DNA of 64,000 nt from Octopus sinensis (GCF_006345805.1 NC_043004.1:42904001-42968000); one strand, 5' to 3'. Positions 13,323-27,168 are shown, counted from the stretch's first letter. The notes: generated by a model not told the origin, from the letters alone. Made by a program: numbers and translations.

Positions 13323-13939
13323 TAAAGAGAAAATATTTAGGTAATGCATATCACATGTATAAGGTACTCCATTATATAAGTTAACATTTGAGAAAGGTAT
13401 TTTATCTGAATTTGATGCATATTTTATTGTGTGTGAAAAGTCAGAAATTATTATTTTAGTTTTATTCTTTGCTACGTTATCTGTTGGCATCAAACCAGGG
13501 CTATTAGGAGGATATGGTTCATTAAATATTATCGCCATTAAACATACGGTTTCCAGACATTCACTAGTCTCTGGTTAAAACACCGAGATAAGCTTTGTGA
13601 TAAATCTCATAAAATGGAATTGTTTTGCTATCACTGCAGAGATTACATCTGGGTTATGTTTTATTGTTTTAAAATCTGTCAGTTTTATGTTAAGCGTAGT
13701 AATTAATAACTTCTAATTGTATGGACTACTACTTTCCATTTCATTTCCGCAAATTCTATCATTTACCATTTATTCAGAATACCTTACCCCATTAGTTTAT
13801 CACGTGCAACATTTGCTTGAATATCCTTGTGTGAGGATTTACAAAAGTATTTATATGCGCTGTAATGATGTGTATTTATTGTCTTTATATTATTATATGG
13901 TTATGTTTTCATATTGCAGTGTATATAAATATATATATC

Positions 13940-14282
13940 GAGGCCCCCCATCGGTTACGAAGACGAGGGTTCCAGTTAAACCGATCAACGAAAGAGCCTG
14001 CTCGTGAAATTAACATGCAAATGGCTGAGCACTCCACAGACACGTATAACCTTAACGTAGTTCTCATGGAGATTCAGAGTGACGCAGAGTGTGACAAAGC
14101 TGGCTTTTTGAAATACAGGTACAACAGAAACAAGAAAAAAGAGTGTGAATAAGTTGTGGTGAAAGAGTTCAGCAGAGTTCGCTACCATCCCCTGCCGGAA
14201 ACACGTGAAGATTTACGTGATTCGCCCGGTCTGGGAATCGAAACCGCAATCCTACTACTGCGTGTCCACTGCCTTAACCATA
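13940..14282 (-). mobile_element. tRNA-derived SINE (type C)
   Basis: Minus strand begins tggttaaggcagtggacacgcagtagtaggattgcggtttcgattcccagaccggg (box A/box B-like tRNA head), followed by a ~300-bp GC-richer body. Confidence 0.7.
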
Positions 14283-14301
14283 TATTATTATTATTATTGT
14301 T

Positions 14302-14370
<69 letters not shown>

Positions 14371-14401
14371 TTCATTATTATTATTATTATCATTATTCAG
14401 T

Positions 14402-15030
14402 AGTTTCATTTATATAACGTACTTTCACTTCACTACCGAGCGCAGCTCTGTGCGCCTTGGGTATGTGCTGTGATTTGTTGTGATTCCCTGATGGTTTTCT
14501 GTATTGAAAGTGTTCTGCGTAGGATGTGTGAAGTGCCTAGTAGTGCAATTTTCTGTATGTTATATGTGTTTTTGTTATGTATGTGCCCAAATATTTTTTA
14601 TCATGCCTAATGCACCTACTATGATAGGAATTGTTTCTGTTTTTAGATTCCACATTCTAGTTACCTCTATTTCCAGGTCTTTGTATTTTGAAAGTTTCTC
14701 CATTTCTTTTAGAAACACGTTGTCATCTGCTGGTATTGATACATCAATTGGAAAGCATTTTTTTCTTCATGATCTCTGACAACTATATCTGGTCTGTTGG
14801 CCTTAATTTCTCTATCTGTGTGTATTGGCATATCCCAGAATTTGGTTGCTTTCTCGTTTTCTGTAACCTTTTCTGGTGTGTGCCTATACCATCTTTTTTC
14901 TGTTGTTATTCCATAATGTTGGCATAGCTTCCTGTGTATGTAAGTCCCAACTCTGTCGTGTTCTGTGAATATATTCCTTCTTAGTGTGTATGTATATTTT
15001 TCAGGAAGCACATCCAAATGACCTTAACAC
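14402..15030 (-). mobile_element. 5'-truncated R4/Dong-clade non-LTR retrotransposon (3' restriction-like endonuclease region) ending in (TAA)n
   Basis: ORF 14709-15017: EHDRVGTYIHRKLCQHYG...WYRHTPEKVTENEKATKFWDMPIHTDREIKANRPDIVV (RHD and PD motifs of RLE elements); C-terminal ALLGTSHILRRTLS; (TTA)n at 14281-14400. Confidence 0.85.
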
Positions 15031-15243
15031 ACTGATCGTGATTTCAAGATATGTGTATGTGTATAAGCGAATACGTATAATTTGTATGATATATTTCTAA
15101 CTTTGATATGTACTTTTATATATATTGTTTAAAAATAATATATATATACATATATATATATGTATGTATGTATGTGTGTGTAATGTGTATGTACTGATGT
15201 ATGTATGTGTGTATATTTATATGTATATATATATTATATATAT

Positions 15244-15288
<45 letters not shown>

Positions 15289-16677
15289 TGGGGAAAATAA
15301 ATATTCGTACAAGTCAAAATTCATTATTATTTAATTTCTAATGAACATAAATGGGATATATCAATACTATATTTGCATACACGTGCATAAACGAAGAATA
15401 TGCAAAAGAAACTAATAGATTATAGTAACTAAGCACTTCCAGCGTTTTGGGAGTTGTGGAATAAATATTTGCCGTATTGTTGAAGTTGGATTATTGGCAA
15501 AATTCAAAATATTTGAGTTCGAAATGGGGAGTTAAAATAGTATGTCGTTTCGATGCTTATTATTTAGTTGAAAATAAATTTAATTAAATTACCAATTGTT
15601 GATGTCATTCATAATATCTCGGCACGATGCAAAATAATTTGATACTTAGGGCAGTTGCTGTCGAATAATACTCGACTGTTTTCCTATGGATTTAATTTAC
15701 TACAAAAGTAAGAACCACACACACACGCACGCACGAACACACGACCCCCCACGCACATATTGGCCTAGCAAAAAAAATTTGATTATAAATTTACCTTTTA
15801 ATTGACAGCGATTGGATGTTTCTAACGTATATCTATGCCGAATGCTAGTACACTCAGTTACTTCTTTAAATTAAATTATTTTACGCAAATTGCAGTAGAC
15901 TTTTCATTATGAGAATAACCTGGTAAATGATTGCTAAAGTATCAGTTCATTATACATATTGCTTACTATAATTAGTATGGTATTTTTCTATTAGTTACGA
16001 ACCAATCTCGTGCACTCTTACGGTGTCGCAATATATTTACTATATACAAATTACTTATGTCGACATAAGTTGTACCCATTATGGTAGTTAGGCATTGTGT
16101 TTACTATCACGAAGTTAATGGTTAATTGAGATCTCATTTAATTAGACAGGCTGGAATGAAAACATTAGACGCCGGTTTGACAAACTACTTTAAGCTGTAT
16201 GCGTCGAGAAGCAATTAAACTCTGTTTTAATAATTGATATCGCAGAATTGATATCATTAAGTGATATAACATTGTCTCACCTTATGTTAGCCAATAATTC
16301 GCTTCACTCTTTGTTTAGCCATTATCAATGTAATTACACATAACAATGAAATATCAGAAGAAATAAGTGCAATATTTCTTTGGTTGTCATGGTGGTCGTT
16401 CTCAAACATATACCAACGTATGTAATATAATGTTGTGGAAATCTGGACAGACATCATTATTAGATCATGGCTTGTCAAAAGTGTGGGCAAATAATATAAA
16501 AAACCGAAAATTATTGCCACGGGTGTTTTTTATGACCTTCACAATTACCGGAGAACTTATCAAGGCCAAAAGAGTAGAATAAAAACAAAAGTTGTTCTTA
16601 ATATTATGTTTAGATCACTTTCAATTTGAATAGATGAAGTAAATACATGCATGCTTCATTATACTAACTCAAAAAAA

Positions 16678-16907
16678 GGCGGCGAGCTGGCAGAAACGTT
16701 AGCACGCCGGGCGAAATGCGTAGCCGTATTTCGTCTGCCGTTACGTTCTGAGTTCAAATTCCGCCGAGGTCGACTTTGCCTTTCATCCTTTCGGGGTCGA
16801 TAAATTAAGTACCAGTTACGCACTGAGGTCTATGTAATCGACTTAATCCGTTTGTCTGTCCTTGTTTGTTCCCTCTGTGTTTAGCCCCTTGTGGGTAGTA
16901 AAGAAAT
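16678..16907 (+). mobile_element. tRNA-derived SINE (type B), well-preserved copy
   Basis: ggcggcgagctggcagaaacgttagcacgccgggcg...gagttcaaattccgccgaggtcgactttgcctttcatcctttcggggtcgataaattaagtaccag...gtagtaaagaaata. Confidence 0.9.
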
Positions 16908-18887
16908 ATATATTAATTCAATATAACTTTATCAAGTAAAAAACTTTACTGGACACTTAGGTTCTTAAAATATCTATTGCCAGTGGCTTTTTGCAGGATT
17001 TGCAACATGGATTATAATAACAAAATATACTCTTTAGAGCGGATTATTACTTGAACATCGAATGTTATTCAGAATTGTTAGGAATTATTAATTCTTTTGT
17101 AATTGATATATGCATGTGCGTCTGAGTGTGTGCGTCGTAGCGGTTCCATGAAAACATGTGCTGTGTCTTCGAAATTTTTAGATGGTGCAATAACATTAAC
17201 CTTCTTGGTCTGATTGCAGCCTACTTTTTCTAGAAACAGATAGATATGGAGAAAGAGGGAAAGAAATAGGAGATCAGTGCTAGTACAGAAATTAAGCTTA
17301 TGTGTGCTCTTGGTTCTCGGAAATACACAACTGACAAGTGTGGGATTGGATGTCTACACAGACACGCTCTCTCTCTTTCTTTCGCGCTCTCTCTCTCTCT
17401 CACACACAGATAAATATGCAGGTATATATATATTTCTGCGATACCTACATATGTCTTAATATACCTATACACAAATAAACGGAGGTTTGATTGTCAGGAC
17501 TGTGGAAAGTACCAAACAATACACTCCTCTGAATTGTAGAGGAAATTCTACGAAATATAATGCCAAGATATCAACTAAGACGATCTGTGAGAATTATTCT
17601 AGAAGACCATGTGGATTTTGTATGCATCACAGATGCAACATTATTTTTTTATTCATGAAACATCAGTTAAACTCCGTATTGCTAAACATGAATGTTCGGA
17701 CGAATTTGTGTAGAATCACAGATCTATCTATGATTTTGTTTAGTCACGAAATTTCTCGGGTGCGTGCGTCAGATAAATTCTTTTCGTCTATGAAATATAG
17801 GCAGGACTCTATATGCATTCCAACGTTTAATGAATATTTCTGAGAGCTGTTCAAAGCACGACATTGAAACTGATGACTGAAGAATGTTAGAGCAGTCGGT
17901 GGTTATCTTATTTTGGCTAAGGTCTGATAGGTAGTCTTCAAATATATGTAGCCGGGTACCTCTCTTTAACGATGACTCAGCCATAGTGGCTCTTTTCCTA
18001 GATGATACACAGAAAAATATACATAAGTTTCGAACTCAAGTGACGGTGCACTTCTTACAGGTGTATGTAAAAACACTGAATTATTGCATTGACATAAATC
18101 CTTAGTGCTAGAATATGATTATTTGATCATCATGAAGTGATCCTTCTCCAACAGAAGAGAATAAGGTATCATTGTCTTAGATTTTGCGTTGTCAAGGACA
18201 TGGACTTGACGTTTCTTTGCAAATGAGTCACCAGTTGTCGCTTCAGAAACACTGCAATATGTTGTACAAACACCTATATATTCAAACTAACAACAAAATG
18301 AAAAACATATTGAGTACTGATTTTATATTGATGTTGTATTATGGTGGTACAAAAACATGTTGTTGAGATGCCAGTTGCACTACATGCGTCATATAGCGAA
18401 CATATGTCGAGTCACGTCACCAGTTAGGAAGTTATGGGACTCTTTATCTGTATATAGGACATTTTGACTTTCATGTCCATCCTACGCTGAGAGCTGATAT
18501 AGTAAAAATGGCCATCGAGGGCTCCAGAATCTCCACTAGAAATTTGTTTATCAAACAGTGTTCTTGAGAATAATATAATCTCAATACGACTACATCTGTG
18601 AACATGAGTGAAACAGAATATGATTACGGCTATGGAAATTAAATAAATGTTCACAGTTAAATAGAATGAAACATCATGCAGAAACGACAGAAAATTGAAT
18701 TTAAACCACGGTTTATAGCACCAGCCGTGCCAGAAATATTCTGCAATATCTGCGGCTATGAATTAGCCTTCAATCTAAAATTCTGTGCAAGTGAATATCT
18801 ATTAATGAGTGTTATTTTTAAATGTGAAAACACACACACTTACAAACGATTGATTGTAGTGACAGTAAGAACGAGAAAGAGATAACC

Positions 18888-18954
<67 letters not shown>

Positions 18955-19775
18955 GTAAATATAACAAGAAAGAAAGTTTCATATAATCAACTTCTTCCCA
19001 CTCACAAATGTTTGGTCCTGACCCTAGTTGAGGAAATATCCTTAGAAAATTATACCATGTTATATTATTAGTGAATATATCTATGCGCATGAGTATTTCT
19101 TTAACGTAAAAGTTTCTTAGATACGATTAAATTATGTTGTATGGAAAGTATGTAGAGCTTAATTCAAACGTATATAGTTACAAATGTATAGTTAAGGTGG
19201 AAGTTATTCATGCAAAAAGTTACTTATTAAAAATCGATTTTTAACACTCCAGACGAATATATTACTTCACAACTTTTTGGTTTGCCACTTGATCAGATGA
19301 TACATTTTTATTAGGTGTTATGATTTCCCCATAATTTTGTCCTCGTTGTTTGGTTCCAGGTGGTGAAGTGTGGTTGTATTTTGAATCTGTTGTGGTTGGT
19401 GCACTCCTTTGTTACTGTTTATTTTTATTTTTCTTTCGTTTGGTTTTCTTTTATCTTTCGTTCGTTTGGTAGTTGCATTCTGGGTTCAGGCACATCATTA
19501 GCGACACGGACACTTGGTATAGTTGAGGATGGAAGAAAGTGTATCTGTTGAATTTTGTGCATCCATCTGTAGGATCAGGGTCATGAACTACGTATTTAGA
19601 ACAGTATTTGGAGTGAAGATGAGGGCGGTTTTTCCCGTTTATATATATATTTAACGGTTTGAAGATTCGCCCAATAGAAATTCAATTTCCTGCAACGAGC
19701 GTAAGGATATATAGGTTATTATATGATACAGCTCATCAAGCTTCATCGTTGACTTGTAACATTTGGAATACTTGA

Positions 19776-19820
<45 letters not shown>

Positions 19821-21674
19821 CTTCTTAAAACATAATTTCTTGACAAGTCATACAATGACGAAAACCGGTTGAATAATATATATTATATATTTATCATTTT
19901 CGCATTTTATTAAAATTTTCTTCATTTAGCATTCTGCATTTTTAAAACATTTTTCCTTACTAATATATATAGTAAGGGAAAAATGTTTTTAAAAATGCAG
20001 AATGCTCAAATGAAAGAAAATTTTAATAAAATGCGAAAATGATAAAATATATAATATATATTTATTCAACCGGTTTTCGTCATTGTATGACTTGTCAAGA
20101 ATATTTATGTTTAAGAAGTTATTTTAAAAATTAGAAATGGGAAAAAAAGAAAATTGCATTGTTTTTTGTAAAAGAATAATGATAAAAACGTACAAAAATT
20201 AAAAAATAAGTTCTCCGATACATTGTGAGTTCGTTGTGTATCTTGAGTTTTATGGTTGTTTACCAAAAAATTACCTTGAGGTGTTAAGATCCAAAGGGAT
20301 TAAGAGCATGTGATGTGTTGTGTTGTTAAATTCAGCATGTTGCAGGACAGGAAGTAGTAGTAATTGTGGTCCTGGTTCTTCAGTTCCTGTGTTGTGGGTA
20401 GGGGGAGACAACTCTTTTGAGTTCTTCAATAAAACCCAAATTATAAAACTATCATTTTAGCTTCATTTGCATTATCTTTTTTATATAATTGCTTGTTAAC
20501 TTAACTTTCAGATTTTAACACTTTATTTATATTATTTTCTAATAATATAAATCTGCATAGACAATTGCATTTCAAATTGTCATATCATTTATAATAAAAA
20601 TGATAGTAATAACAACAATAGTAAAAATGATATTTAAAGAATATAAGTTTTAGCTTGAAGTGATGAATGCATGGTATCTTTTATATTTGTGTTAGTCCAT
20701 CCATGAAGAGTGAGGTAGAGAAAGGAAGTTTGATCAACGAGGAGTTTGCATATTAAGTTGTGTTTGGAATTTTTCAATAAAGAGATTCTCCTTGTTAATT
20801 CTCTCCTGTGTGGTGATCCCGTCTTTACATTGGTAGAGGGGAATATATAGAATTTGGGGTTTAAGTCTTTAGCACATGAGTCTAAGTGGTCACTCAGTGG
20901 AATTTGTCGGTATTCCGGGAGATTTATTTGTTCTTTATGCACCGTTACTCGTTACGTAACGGGAGACTCGTTTTTCCAACATAATTATGTTGGCAACCAG
21001 CGCATGTGAGAGCGTAGATAAGGTTCTCGGAGGAACAGGAGAAGTTAGTCTTGATTTTAAACTTCGTACCTTGTTTGAAGGTAAATTCAGAGCCTTCAAG
21101 TAGAAAGGGGCAGGTACCACAGTTTGAGCGTGCACATTTTTTTTACTGTTGGGGGTGGATGTGGTGTGTGAAGTTTGGCATTTGTCAAGAGTTTTTTTAA
21201 AGATTTGTGTTGCCTTTTGCATTTGAGGATTTTGTGTGTATTTATAATGTTTTTCATTTTTGGGTCTGTTGACAGTAGACTGAGGTTTTGTATGATTGTG
21301 GTGTATGCTTCGATATTTTTGGGGTTGTGGGTGGAAATGTATGGAAGTATTTTGAGGTTGTGTGTGGTGTTAGGTTGGGTGGTTTTCAGTGTAGTGTTGT
21401 CTAGTTCTTTGGCGCGTTTTATTCCATACTCTATAAGGGTGGAGGGATATTGACGTTGTAATAGCGTTTTTTTGAGGTCTTGAAGGCGTATTTCTCGTGT
21501 TTTTGGATCCGAGACAATGGTGCATACCCTTTTAGCTAAATTGAAAGGGATATTTGTCTTGGTGTGTTTTGGGTGGCATGAACTAAAGAGGAGGTATTGT
21601 TGTGAGTCTGTAGGTTTGTGGTAGATGTCTGTTATGATTTGGTTCTTAGGTGTTTTTATAATTAGGAGATCAAT

Positions 21675-23496
21675 ATGCTTAACAATAACATTTTCTATGA
21701 GGTTATTAACAACTACAAACAGCAAAAAACAATCAGAAACCTCACCACACTCATACGCCAACACGGTCAGGGACTCACAGAAAAAGAAAGGGATTATATC
21801 ACCATTTTCAAATGCAAGCCCAGCCTTTTTTATGGCCTTCCTAAAATCCATAAAAACAAATACATCACCGAAGCCTGCAAACTCTCCACTGACATCCACA
21901 TCAACATCAAAGCACCGGAGGACCTAAAACTAAGGCCCATCGTGGCTGGTACCTCCTGTGAAACACACCGCCTGAGTAACTTCCTAGACATCCTTTTGAA
22001 ACCTTTCCTTACCCACATCAAAAGTTTCATTAGGGATGATCTGGACATGCTCAAACACCTCCCGAAAACAGTTAACGAGGAGGCACTCCTGGTATCCTTG
22101 ATGTCATCAACCTCTACACCAACATTCCACACGAGTATGGTATAGAGGCAATTGACTTCTGGCTAAAAAACACCCAGAGACATTCCCTGACCGCATTAAC
22201 AAGTCTTTTATTACAGAATCTCTTAAGTTCATTCTGACAAACAATTTTTTTCTCTTCGACGACACACACTACCGTCAAAAATGTGGCATTGCGATGGGTA
22301 CCAAGGCTGCACCAGTCCTTGCGAACCTCATAATGGGTTACTTCGAACTGTCACTCTATGAAATATCAAGCCAGAAATTGGACATGTTTTCCACACCTAC
22401 CTAATGGAAAACTGGAAAAGGTATTTAGATGATTGTTTCATCATATGGAAAGAACCTTATGAAAAACTCCTGGAATTCAAAACCATACTAAACAACATAC
22501 ATCCCAACATCCAATTCACTATGGAATTAAGCAAACATCATCCCCATTCCTTGATCTCCTAATTATAAAAACACCTAAGAACCAAATCATAACAGACATC
22601 TACCACAAACCTACAGACTCACAACAATACCTCCTCTTTAGTTCATGCCACCCAAAACACACCAAGACAAATATCCCTTTCAATTAGCTAAAAGGGTATG
22701 CACCATTGTCTCGGATCCAAAAACACGAGAATACGCCTTCAAGACCTCAAAAAAAACACTATTACAACGTCAATATCCCTCCACCCTTATAGAGTATGGA
22801 ATAAAACGCGCCAAAGAACTAGACAACCACTACACTGAAAACCACCCAACCTAACAACCACACAACCTCAAAATACTTCCATACATTTCCACCCACAACC
22901 CCAAAAATATCGAAGCATACACCACAATCATACAAAACCTCAGTCTACTGTCAACAGACCCAAAAATGAAAAACATTATAAATACACACAAAATCCTCAA
23001 ATGCAAAAGGCAACACAAATCTTTAAAAAAAAACTCTTGACAAATGCCAAACTTCACACACCACATCCACCCCCAACAGTAAAAAAAATGTGCACGCTCA
23101 AACTGTGGTACCTGCCCCTTTCTACTTGAAGGCTCTGAATTCCTTCAAACAAGGTACGAAGTTTAAAATCAAGACTAACTTCTGTTCCTCCGAGAACCTT
23201 ATCTATCTACGCTCTCACATGCGCTGGTTGCCAACATAATTATGTTGGACAAACGAGTCTCCCGTTACGTAAACGAGTAACGGTGCATAAAGAACAAATA
23301 AATCTCCCGGAATACCGACAAATTCCACTGAGTGACCACTTAGACTCATGTGCTAAAGACTGACTTAAACCCCAAATTCTATATATTCCCCTTCTACCAA
23401 TGTAAAGACGGGATCACCACACAGGAGAGAATTAACAAGGAGAATCTCTTTATTGAAAAATTCCAAACACAACTTAATATGCAAACTCCTCGTTGA
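21675..23496 (+). pseudogene. Penelope RT + GIY-YIG endonuclease ORF, 5'-truncated, frameshifted in this assembly
   Basis: FYGLPKIHK, LRPIVAG, GIAMGTKAAP, WKRYLDDCF (RT), DIYHKPTDSQQYL (thumb), NLIY...CAGCQHNYVGQT...HKEQI (GIY-YIG); stop TGA at 23494-23496. Confidence 0.9.
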
Positions 23497-24116
23497 TCAA
23501 ACTTCCTTTCTCTACCTCACTCTTCATGGATGGACTAACACAAATATATAAAGATACCATGCATTCATCACTTCAAGCTAAAACTTATATTCTTTAAATA
23601 TCATTTTTACTATTGTTGTTATTACTATCATTTTTATTATAAATGATATGACAATTTGAAATGCATTGTCTATGCAGATTTATATTATTAGAAAATAATA
23701 TAAATAAAGTGTTAAAATCTGAAAGTTAAGTTAACAAGCAATTATATAAAAAAGGTAATGCAAATGAAGCTAAAATGATAGTTTTATAATTTGGGTTTTA
23801 TTGAAGAACTCAAAAGAGTTGTCTCCCTCCCCCTACCACAACACAGGAACTGAAGAACCAGGACCACAATTACTACTACTTCTACTCTTGTCCTGCAACA
23901 TGCTGAATTTAACAACACAACACATCACATGCTCTTAATCCCTTTGGATCTTAACACCTCAAGGTGATTTTTTGGTAAACAACCATAAAACTCAAGATAC
24001 ACAACGAACTCACAATGTATCGGAGAACTTATTTTTTAATTATTCTTTTACAAAAAACAATGCAATTTTCTTTTTTTCCCATTTCTAATTTTTAAAATAA
24101 CTTCTTAAAACATAAA

Positions 24117-24157
24117 TATTCTTGACAAGTCATACAATGACGAAAACCGGTTGAATA
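24117..24157 (+). ncRNA. Variant minimal hammerhead-like motif (U3-A8 core) in the Penelope 1 3' region; copies at 19836-19875 (+) and 20063-20103 (-)
   Basis: tattc-TTGACAA-gtca-tacaa-tgac-GAAA-a-ccgg-tt-gaata: stem I tattc/gaata, stem II gtca/tgac, palindromic aaccggtt. One extra A after GAAA in all three copies makes the register uncertain. Confidence 0.5.
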
Positions 24158-24318
24158 AATATATTTTATATATTTTATCATTTTCGCATTTTATTAAAAT
24201 TTTCTTTCATTTGAGCATTCTGCATTTTTAAAAAACATTTTTCCTTACTTATCATTTCTCCACGTGCGGTCAACACAACCCCACCATTTATTGATCTATA
24301 TATATATATAATATATAT

Positions 24319-24372
<54 letters not shown>

Positions 24373-24390
24373 GTGTGTGCATGTGTGTGC

Positions 24391-24421
<31 letters not shown>

Positions 24422-24448
24422 AAGGTTTGGAGATGATGTACAGGTATT

Positions 24449-25350
24449 ATATATTAGAAAAATTGAGGTATCAGATCAGATGGTTCATATTTGTAGATAT
24501 TTATTTATATATTACATTTTTTACATATATATCATATCATTCGGATTAGCGCTTGCTCCATTCTAGTGGGTTTTCAAATCAATCAAATCAGTTGTGGGTA
24601 GTTTGAACCTTTTTATAGTTTCGTAGTAGTGGGTGAGGAGGAAGTGAGACAGAGAGAAAATATGTGTGTATGTGTTTTGTGTGTGTGTGTGCGTGTGTGT
24701 GTGTGTGTGCGCATTTATATCTGAGAGTGAAGAAGTGTTATTTCCGTTGGTCTGCTGGCCCCCCCCTGTGGTTTTATAAGAACTTTGGCCGTCCATTTCA
24801 ATGTCACTGAGTGTGTGTTGTGCATAGGTTGGCCTGGCAAATGTCATTTGGGGTCACACTTTCTATGATCATTCTGTGGAGGTGTGTGTGACCACACACA
24901 CACACAGAGACACACACACACACACCTCCACAGAATGATCATAGAAGTGTGACCCAAATGACATTTGGCCAGGCCAACCGATGCACAACACACACTCAGT
25001 GACATTGAAATGGACGGCCAAAGTTCTTATAAAACCACAGGGGGTCCAGCAGACCAACGGAAATCACTTCTTCCTCTCAAATATAAATGCGCACACACAC
25101 ACACACACACGCACACACACACACAAACACACATACACACATATTTTCTCTCTGTCTCACTTCCTCCTCACCCACTACTACGAAACTATATAAAGGTTCA
25201 ACTACCCACAACTGATTTGATTTGAAAACCCACTAGAATGGGAGCAAGCGCTAATCCGAATGATATTATATATATGTAAAAAAATGTAATATATAAATAA
25301 TATCTACAAATATGAACCATCTGATTACATACTCAATTTTTCTAATATAT
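24449..25350. repeat. ~900-bp palindrome centred on a (TG)n/(CA)n tract, flanked by (TA)n
   Basis: 24449-~24890 is the reverse complement of ~24915-25350 (e.g. ttctatgatcattctgtggaggtgtg / cacacctccacagaatgatcatagaa; ORFs 24563-24847(-) and 24965-25225(+) are near-identical). Arms differ largely by small indels. Confidence 0.95.
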
Positions 25351-25377
25351 ATATATATATACGTATGTATGTATGTA

Positions 25378-25445
<68 letters not shown>

Positions 25446-26373
25446 GTGTTTTCCATATATATATATATATATTATAATATATATATATTAATATATACTT
25501 AGTGTTACGAATTTTCAACGTATTAAAAAGTACTCCAAAAACTGAAATTTTTAAGTAACTGTGATTAGGTACACAATTAAATCTTTCATTAAATATATAG
25601 TTATTTTCTGTGTGTATACGTGTTGTTGGATGTATATGATTTCACGTGTTTGTGACGGTGTGTGATTGCTATTTAAATGTTTAATTAATGCTAGCATTCT
25701 TCTAAGTGTCCTTATTGTAAAGAAACTTTATTGATATTATTGCAGACTAAAAATATAGACAATCAATTTAATTCGTAAATAGAAATAATGGACAGTAAAC
25801 TGCTAGGTTACATATACATCTATGTATATTACTTAATTAAGAAGTAGTATCATCTATGTACGAATTTTGTTCTGGCAAGCAGCCATTCATCATTTGCTGA
25901 TGAATTCATGAGCGCTAAAATGTGCAATGTTGAGTGTTTAAATTATAGATATAATCTATATAACACGGTATCTTTGTAATTAATTTTGATTATTTGCGAA
26001 GATGCAGCTGATTCGGATTTAGAATAATTCGCTTCGATAACATTGATATCCAATTACGGTAGATTTAAATTATTTCTGGAGACGGAAGATCGATTATGAG
26101 CGATTGAGACGATGTTAGCGAACGACAACATTGTACCCTATAATAATTCCTATCAAATAGCTTCGGAATGATCGAACTTTAATGAATTCATTTTATCGAT
26201 ATGTAATCAAATCTAATTGATTGGCTATGTCACGTGATTCGATAAAATAATTGAAGACAAATACAGAACATTCACTCTTTTGATAGTATTTTAACAACAT
26301 TTTAGACACACTGTTGTCGCTACAATTCGGTATATATACATTCTATAATTGTTTTAATCTAACGTTTTTAAAG

Positions 26374-26764
26374 ATTATCTCAACACAACAAATGAAGATA
26401 TTTGTCGATGTAGCAAGAATGTTGTATCGGCTAAAAACATGCAAAAGATGGAAAATATTGTAGGAGAACATTTAAATTCTTATCAATCTCAACAACGAAA
26501 TTTTGAGATATATCCAGAGCAAAATATTTTTATCTGGAAAATATATTTTTGAAAAATTCAACTAAGGATGAATTTTACATTGATCATACTCTCACATTTA
26601 ATATGTCCCTCAAAATATCCGATACGCTCAACCTTTCGTTAGAACATATAATCGAACATGTATATATAGAGAGCTACAAGTCCACATATCTAGAAAGAGA
26701 TATAATTCAATTTGTGCATGAGATGATGTACGCAAAGAATGTATTTCTAGATAAGACCAATTGA
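26374..26764 (+). CDS. Candidate terminal coding exon of unknown protein (~130 aa), interrupted by a 1-nt shift in a T5 run
   Basis: Acceptor-like ...aatCTAACgtttttaaAG|attatc; frame DYLNTTNEDICRCSKNVVSAKNMQKMENIVGEHLNSYQSQQRNFEIYPEQNIFIWKIYF joins ORF 26549-26764 if one T is added at 26546-26550. No recognised homology. Confidence 0.3.
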
Positions 26765-27129
26765 CAGATTATCTATGAGACAAAAATTTCCCAATGTAAT
26801 ACTGATACATACATAAATAATCATGTAGACAAAGACACATAGTCACCCAAACACAGGCATACACGTATAATTATATATATGTATATATGTATGCATATAT
26901 ATATAAATGTATATACATATATATATATGTATATATATATACTTACATATATATATATATATATATGTATATACATATACATACATATATATATATATAT
27001 GTTATACATATATATACATACATATATGCATATGTATATATATAGATATGTATACATATATATATACATATATGCTATGTATATATATAGATATGTATAC
27101 ATATATATATATATATATAGATAGATATG

Positions 27130-27168
<39 letters not shown>

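Larger units (their letters stand above)
19818..24296 (+). mobile_element. Penelope-like element 1 with ~1.7-kb inverted 5' arm and terminal hairpin
   Basis: Forward RT-GIY-YIG body 21674-24296; 19971-21673 is the reverse complement of ~22551-24249; 19818-~19960 is a direct copy of ~24098-24249 and folds back on 19971-20120; (TA)n on both flanks. Confidence 0.92.

Noticed and set aside
15287-15320. TA|cagtggggaaaataa Tc1-like terminal sequence
   Set aside because: No matching inverted partner or transposase found nearby.
17769-17984. ORF with YLSDLSQNKI...FEQLS resembling a hAT/DUF4371 transposase segment
   Set aside because: The resemblance rests on two short motifs with wrong spacing and no flanking transposase sequence; a profile search would be needed.
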